Assembly (NCBI GenBank): GCA_024687165.1
Contig: JAILEY010000076.1
Coordinates: 82 to 64,081, forward strand
Source of the DNA: Treponema sp.
Lineage (GTDB): Bacteria > Spirochaetota > Spirochaetia > Treponematales > Treponemataceae
DNA length: 64,000 nucleotides
Direction: 5' to 3'
Shown: positions 58,843-64,000 of the stretch, piece after piece
Layout: each line of letters opens with the position of its first letter
How positions within the stretch are numbered: the first letter of the stretch is position 1
The notes under the pieces: model-generated
What the model was told of the DNA's origin: nothing
Databases searched by the model: none
The model's input: only the letters and a program-made list of their open reading frames with translations
Made by a program: the position numbers and the translations under genes

Positions 58843-61236
58843 TTACTTTCCAAGCCCCGGATTTACATGAAGAAAATATTTTGGAACAGATTTTTCATCT
58901 TTTTCTTCCGGAAATTCTTTTTCCCGCACATAGTTCCACAAAGAAATCATTTCTTCCTGATTCTTTATTTCTTCCTGTAATTCTTCTTCACTCATTTCCT
59001 GACTTTTAATGCCGCTTGAAAATGCAGGAACTCTAGTCTGAAGATCAACTTCATCTTTTCTCCAGGGTGACATTTCATTTTCTTCAGGATCAGGACTGAT
59101 ATCATCATAGAATCCGCCGCTGTTGTTCCAGTACATATATCCGCGGTTTAAACCGTCCCTTACACCAAAAACTTCACGCTTAACATAATTCTTATCATAG
59201 AATTTTCTGTCATAACGGACTCCCATGTAAAATGCCTGAACCCAAGGGCGAACAATAATTTTATTTCGACCCATGATTGTGTTTCTATATGAGCCGTAAA
59301 AATAAATTCTATACGGTCGTTCAGCAAGAGGTGCATACTCAAGGAAGTTCTGTTCAAAATGAGACGGATAGAACATAGGGCAGATTACATCAACATAATC
59401 ACTCATAAGTTCAACATCCTGTCCAGTTCTTGTACCGCTTCTATACCAGCCGTTTGCGCCGTAAATATCAATTCCAATTGGAGCATTAATATTTTTTCTT
59501 GCATAAGAAAGGAATGAAACAAGTGCACTTTCTTTATCCATGCCTTTATCTTTCCAGCGGTAAGTTGCTTCATGCATGTTAATTCCGTCAGTCGGGAATC
59601 TTATGTAATCGAACTGAATTTCATCAAATCCGCGTTCAACAAGTTCCTTTGCAATTTCAATGTTATATTCCCAGACTTCTTCACTATACGGATCAACCCA
59701 GTTTTCATCGTAGTAAAGAACTTTTGTCCCCGTAACATTTCCGTTTTCATCTTTGATTTCTTCAGTACCTTTTTTACCCATCCATGGAGTTCCGGTTTTT
59801 GAGTTCCAGACTGAATACTGCTTCTTGTCATAATTTGCAAGATTTTTATCTTTAAACACAACGATGCGTGCAATCAAATAAACGTCATCCTCCTTAAACT
59901 GTTTTACAAGCTCATCAACATCAATTTTATATTGAGTGACGGTTCCTTTCTTTTTGAGCAGTTCACTTTTTGGAGTAAAACGCAGAAGCCCATAATCATC
60001 CTTCATATCGATTACGATTGCATTGAGTTTATTATCTTTTGTAATTTTTCTGTATTTTGAAATTCCAGTCTGATTCCTAAGCTGATAAACAGAAGAATAC
60101 ACAGCCTTCTTTTTATTTGCAGTTTCTCCGTAAGTTGTTCGGATTCTTTCAGGATCAAGAAGATAGATTTCACTTAATTCAAGCGGCGTCTTTAATCCTG
60201 ATTCATTTTTTGGAATGTAAACAGAATTAACAGTTAAATCAGAACGGCAGACTTTACTGTACCAGCTTTTATTTATATCAACCTCAGAAACTGATCCGTC
60301 ATTTAAAGAATAAGAACTTACTTTTCCAGGAGAGAGGAACACGATATTGCTGTTGCTCTGACAAAGGCTTTCAATCGTGTCGCACTTTTCTTTTCCAGTG
60401 TAAATTTTTTCCGCACGTTTTGTTTTCCAGTTAAATTTAAAAATATTAGGGATATAACTCTGACTTGCAATAATTTCCGGATAGAGATTTCCTTCCTCAT
60501 CCTTGCAGACAACAGGAATTATATCCGCAATTTCATCAACCTGAGTCATACTTGGCATTGCAGAAAATCCTGCGCTTATATCAACCCAGATTGGATTTTT
60601 TGCGTCTGCTCGGTAATAGCTGAAACCGTAAATCGGATGTGACATAAAAACTACAAGCTCATTTCCGCTAACTTTTCCCTTTTTGTCATAGACAGGCATT
60701 GTTGAACAGGCAACGGCTTTTACACCTGAAGTATATTTACTTGCTGACCCAAGCGACTTCCAGGTTTCTCCACCGTCTCTTGTTAAATACACGGCATCTT
60801 TTGTTGCAGTTACGAGAACTTTTGGATTAAATGGATCAACTGCAATATCTTTTAACAGAGCTACCTGCTTAACAAGATTTTTTGTTTTGTTTTCATAAGT
60901 TTTGACAGTCAAAAAAGGAAGACCTTCATTGCATTCTTTAAATATTTCAAGATCAGCTGAAGATAAAATTCCTTTTGATGTAATAAAATACCATTTTTCG
61001 GAAGTGCGCAAAATTCTTTCAACTTTTCCTTCTGTCCATAATGGTTCAAGAGTTGTTTTTGAATTTACTCTGTAAAGGCCTTCATTACAGCCAAGTAAAA
61101 ACGCACCTTTTTTTTCTGTTGATTTTTTGGCCGGTAAATCTTCCGGCAGCTGGTAAAGCGGTTTTATTTCTGCAAAAACCGGTAATTTACTAAAAATTAA
61201 AATTAATAAAATCCATTTTTTAAAGATAGTTCTCAT
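58843..61236 (-). CDS. Exported putative glycoside hydrolase (Asp-box propeller + DUF4015-like TIM barrel)
   Basis: Signal peptide; TRDGGETW Asp-box; NAIVIDMKDDYG, IARIVVFKD, WVDP, GFDEIQFDYIRFP, PM.YPSH, RPW.QAF. Confidence 0.8.
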   Translation of the reverse strand: MRTIFKKWILLILIFSKLPVFAEIKPLYQLPEDLPAKKSTEKKGAFLLGCNEGLYRVNSKTTLEPLWTEGKVERILRTSEKWYFITSKGILSSADLEIFKECNEGLPFLTVKTYENKTKNLVKQVALLKDIAVDPFNPKVLVTATKDAVYLTRDGGETWKSLGSASKYTSGVKAVACSTMPVYDKKGKVSGNELVVFMSHPIYGFSYYRADAKNPIWVDISAGFSAMPSMTQVDEIADIIPVVCKDEEGNLYPEIIASQSYIPNIFKFNWKTKRAEKIYTGKEKCDTIESLCQSNSNIVFLSPGKVSSYSLNDGSVSEVDINKSWYSKVCRSDLTVNSVYIPKNESGLKTPLELSEIYLLDPERIRTTYGETANKKKAVYSSVYQLRNQTGISKYRKITKDNKLNAIVIDMKDDYGLLRFTPKSELLKKKGTVTQYKIDVDELVKQFKEDDVYLIARIVVFKDKNLANYDKKQYSVWNSKTGTPWMGKKGTEEIKDENGNVTGTKVLYYDENWVDPYSEEVWEYNIEIAKELVERGFDEIQFDYIRFPTDGINMHEATYRWKDKGMDKESALVSFLSYARKNINAPIGIDIYGANGWYRSGTRTGQDVELMSDYVDVICPMFYPSHFEQNFLEYAPLAERPYRIYFYGSYRNTIMGRNKIIVRPWVQAFYMGVRYDRKFYDKNYVKREVFGVRDGLNRGYMYWNNSGGFYDDISPDPEENEMSPWRKDEVDLQTRVPAFSSGIKSQEMSEEELQEEIKNQEEMISLWNYVREKEFPEEKDEKSVPKYFLHVNPGLGK

Positions 61237-61290
61237 GAACTACTTATCGGCATAAAAAAAACAGTATTTTAATAATATTACCGTAAAATT

Positions 61291-62208
61291 TTAGAAGAAC
61301 TTCCATTCTGTTTCGTTGACTTTTTCTACAGATAAACCTTTTTCAAGGCAATTCAGAATTTTCATCAGTTTTTTTTCATAATAAGTTTCAGGGACAACGG
61401 AAAGTGAAATTTTATTTTCAAAGATTTTATACAGACCTTCTGTTGATGCATTAAGACATACTACAAAAGAATCTTTAGACAGCGTTCTTCCTTCTTTAGA
61501 AAGCGCCTTTGCAGCAAGAACAGCCTCTTTTTCAGAGAAAGCAAAAATCAAATTGATTTCAGGATGAAGCTCACAAAAATCTACTGCTTCCTGCAAATTT
61601 TCAGAATTAGTTCCATTCAAGATTTTCTTTTGTACGAACGAATTTGTATCCTTTTGCTGCATCGTTTTTAACACGCCGGAATACATCAGCCTGTAGCTTG
61701 AAGAATTTTTCCCATCATGAAGGATTGCATAATTTAAATATTTAATGTCAGGATTGATTTCTTTTATCTGCTTTTGAATTTTTTCCGCAGCAAGGCTTGA
61801 ACTTTTTTCAAAATCACAGCCAATTCTGCAGTAGTACAAATAATCCTTTGTGTTGCCGACATAATTTCCGCAGAAGATAACAGGAATCCTTTTTTTGTTT
61901 ATTTTTTCAAGAAGCTCATGCCAGATAGGTTCGTCGATCGGATCTATTAAAAAAAGATGAACGTCAGCATCAAGATATTTTTCAACAACTCTCAGCTGTT
62001 CTTTAGAATCCCCTTTTGCATCTTCAACAACAAGCTTGTAGCCGGAAAGTGCTTTTTTTACGGATTCAATTTCACTCATGCGCCCGTTATTTCCGAATGA
62101 ACTGGTGGAATAAACTACAAGTTCTTCTTTCAGCTTGTTTTTATCAACACAACCGCAGAGTATAAAAATAAAAAAAGCCGTAAAAATCAGGCAGAATCTT
62201 CTGTTCAT
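61291..62208 (-). CDS. Sugar-binding periplasmic lipoprotein (RbsB-like)
   Basis: Lipobox LCGC; DAKGDSKEQ, LLIDP, IPVIF; class I periplasmic binding-protein pattern. Confidence 0.78.
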   Translation of the reverse strand: MNRRFCLIFTAFFIFILCGCVDKNKLKEELVVYSTSSFGNNGRMSEIESVKKALSGYKLVVEDAKGDSKEQLRVVEKYLDADVHLFLIDPIDEPIWHELLEKINKKRIPVIFCGNYVGNTKDYLYYCRIGCDFEKSSSLAAEKIQKQIKEINPDIKYLNYAILHDGKNSSSYRLMYSGVLKTMQQKDTNSFVQKKILNGTNSENLQEAVDFCELHPEINLIFAFSEKEAVLAAKALSKEGRTLSKDSFVVCLNASTEGLYKIFENKISLSVVPETYYEKKLMKILNCLEKGLSVEKVNETEWKFF

Positions 62209-62251
62209 ACCTTCAATTTTACGGCAATATAAGTTAAATGTCGAGTTTCTC

Positions 62252-62350
62252 TATAAAAATACTCAGAAATTAACTCCCAGTCGCGTTGAGCAGTCCAAAA
62301 CCGATGATCAACACTCCTTCGCGCTAATTTTACATCTATAAAAAATCAAC
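62252..62350 (+). repeat. Modular intergenic repeat, copy E (most complete)
   Basis: TATAAAAATACTCAGAAATTAACTCCCAGTCGCGTTGAGCAGTCCAAAACCGATGATCAACACTCCTTCGCGCTAATTTTACATCTATAAAAAATC. Confidence 0.88.
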
Positions 62351-62361
62351 ATCTACTATAT

Positions 62362-63429
62362 TTAAGCTTCAAGGAGAAGATCTCCGTCTTTTATCCAGCC
62401 GATTTTTCTGAATAAAAGTCCGAATGCCCATGCAAGTACACCCGGCAAAACAAAACAAACGAGTAAAAGTCCAAGCCAGTCAAAAGCTCCAGGCGCGATT
62501 GCAACAGCTCCGTGTTTTAATGCAGCTGCACTAGGTTCAAACCATCCTGTGATTACACCAATCTGACCAACAAGTCCGCATGTTCCCATTCCGCTTGAAA
62601 CTGCAGCACCATTCATTTCCATTTTGAAAATACATGTACTTACAGGACCTGTGATTGCACTTGTAATAATTACAGGAAGCCACACTCTCGGATTTTTTAC
62701 GATATTTGGCATCTGAAGCATAGAAGTTCCAAGCCCCTGAGAAAGAACGCCGCCCCATCTGTTTTCACGGAAACTCAAAATTGCAAAGCCAACCATATTT
62801 GCACAACAACCTGCAACTGCAGCTCCACCGGCAAGCCCAGTCAATCCAAGTGCAGCACAAATTGCAGCAGAACTTACAGGCAATGTCAAAAGAACACCAA
62901 CGATTACAGAAACAAGGATTCCCATTACAAACGGACGCTGCTTTGTTGCCCACATAATAAGCTCGCCGAATTTACTTGCACCCATTCCGATGTATTTTGC
63001 AAACAAAACTGTACAAAGACTTCCTGCAAGAATTGTTACAAGCGGAGTTACAATGATATCAACCTTTGTTTTTTTGCTTACAAGCATTCCACATTCACAG
63101 GCAATAATTGCAACAATCAAAACTGCAAGAGGACCACCAGCTCCACCTGTTACATTTGCAGCAGCTCCAACACCCGCAAGAGTAAAAAGTACTAGGTTAG
63201 ATGCACCCATTGCATAACCGATTCCAACCGCCATTGCAGCACCAACAACATGTGGCTCTCCTGCAAAAGTTCCTGCAGTTACAAGAAATTCAAAAACTGC
63301 ATTTACATGAAGACGAAGCAATTGCTGTCCCAAAGTCTTCACAATTGTTCCAATCAGCAGAGAAGCAAAAAGCCCCTGTGCCATTCCGCTCAAAGCATCA
63401 ATCAAATAACGCTTAGCATACTTGTTCAT
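62362..63429 (-). CDS. PTS EIIC_2 / PfoR-like membrane protein
   Basis: DALSGMAQGLFASL.IG, P.SSAA, GC...M.GF, GTSMLQ.PNI, SGMGTCGLVG. ATG 63429 with GAGG SD. Confidence 0.85.
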   Translation of the reverse strand: MNKYAKRYLIDALSGMAQGLFASLLIGTIVKTLGQQLLRLHVNAVFEFLVTAGTFAGEPHVVGAAMAVGIGYAMGASNLVLFTLAGVGAAANVTGGAGGPLAVLIVAIIACECGMLVSKKTKVDIIVTPLVTILAGSLCTVLFAKYIGMGASKFGELIMWATKQRPFVMGILVSVIVGVLLTLPVSSAAICAALGLTGLAGGAAVAGCCANMVGFAILSFRENRWGGVLSQGLGTSMLQMPNIVKNPRVWLPVIITSAITGPVSTCIFKMEMNGAAVSSGMGTCGLVGQIGVITGWFEPSAAALKHGAVAIAPGAFDWLGLLLVCFVLPGVLAWAFGLLFRKIGWIKDGDLLLEA

Positions 63430-63609
63430 ACGCACCTCTTTTCTGAGAAAAAAATAAAATGTGTTTGATTTTTGATATACTTGCTGATGTAGTGATAGGA
63501 GCGGTTCGTGTGCTCGTTAGACAGTATAATTTCTGTCGACAGTCATCCCAAACGTAAAATCTTGCAGTAAATGTATCAAATTTTTTCAAAAAACGCTATA
63601 ATCTTTGCG

Positions 63610-64000
63610 ATGAATAATTTCACCAGTTACATACTTGCTCACAGCGTATTAGGTCAGTTTTTTCTCTTTGTATTATCAATTCTCGTGCTGATTTTGATGG
63701 CATGTGTCATACTTCTGATGCTTTCAAAAAAGAACAAAGATAAAGATTTTACAAAAAAAATGTTTCAGGTTCAGGATGAAGAGCGGCAAAGAATCTACCG
63801 AGACCTTCATGACACCGTTGCACAGGACCTCAGGTATTCTCTGCTTTTGATGTCACAGCTTGAAGACGAATCGATATCAAATGAAAATAAAATTAAAATC
63901 CTGGAGCAGCTCAAGGAAAATCAGAAGCAAAATCTTGAAATGGTAAGAAACATCTGCTACAACCTCACGCCGTCCCAGATAAGCGCAACTTCAATTGCAA
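63610..64000 (+). CDS. Sensor histidine kinase (HisKA_3), partial
   Basis: Not in ORF track. MNNFTSY..., one TM, then QDEERQRIYRDLHDTVAQ H-box; runs off the window end. Confidence 0.88.
   Translation, partial: MNNFTSYILAHSVLGQFFLFVLSILVLILMACVILLMLSKKNKDKDFTKKMFQVQDEERQRIYRDLHDTVAQDLRYSLLLMSQLEDESISNENKIKILEQLKENQKQNLEMVRNICYNLTPSQISATSIA

Noticed and set aside
8844-62350. Repeat family as a CRISPR array or IS element
   Set aside because: Copies are kilobases apart with no regular spacers; no cas gene, transposase or terminal inverted repeats are present.
948-63468. Many short or antisense ORFs in the track (e.g. 948..1133, 2149..2448, 20249..20806, 33577..34095, 48806..49438, 57347..57706)
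   Set aside because: They are shadows of well-supported genes on the opposite strand or frame, with no motifs, SD or typical codon use.

Overview
64 kb of AT-rich, mostly housekeeping chromosome. The gene families (PilZN3/PilZ, DUF5312-like, tandem-cNMP Crp proteins, archaeal-type UMP kinase, many lipoproteins) point to a spirochaete, probably a gut/rumen Treponema; this is inferred, not searched. It holds about 60 CDS, mostly on the minus strand, including fabD-fabG-fabF, trkAH, pyrH, an ECF sigma/anti-sigma pair, cysS, murB, rpsD, rlmE, apbE, a UvrD helicase, rimO, recQ, hflX, purD, uppP and mnmE, plus one tRNA-Thr(CGT). Two CDS missing from the ORF track run off the window ends (a lipoprotein at <1..2092 and a histidine kinase at 63610..>64000). 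I found no transposase, integrase, CRISPR array, rRNA or prophage. The most notable items are: (1) a 20-bp duplication of the mnmE 3' end around a 64-bp double-hairpin insert, at a known genomic-island integration site; (2) a modular intergenic repeat family with 5 same-strand copies, one carrying a ~90-nt structured insert; (3) a TetR / beta-barrel / DUF2271-like operon whose last protein has an ApbE flavinylation motif, with apbE also in the window; (4) many apparently leaderless genes; (5) several probable pseudo-enzymes. All calls are by eye from motifs; no database search was run.
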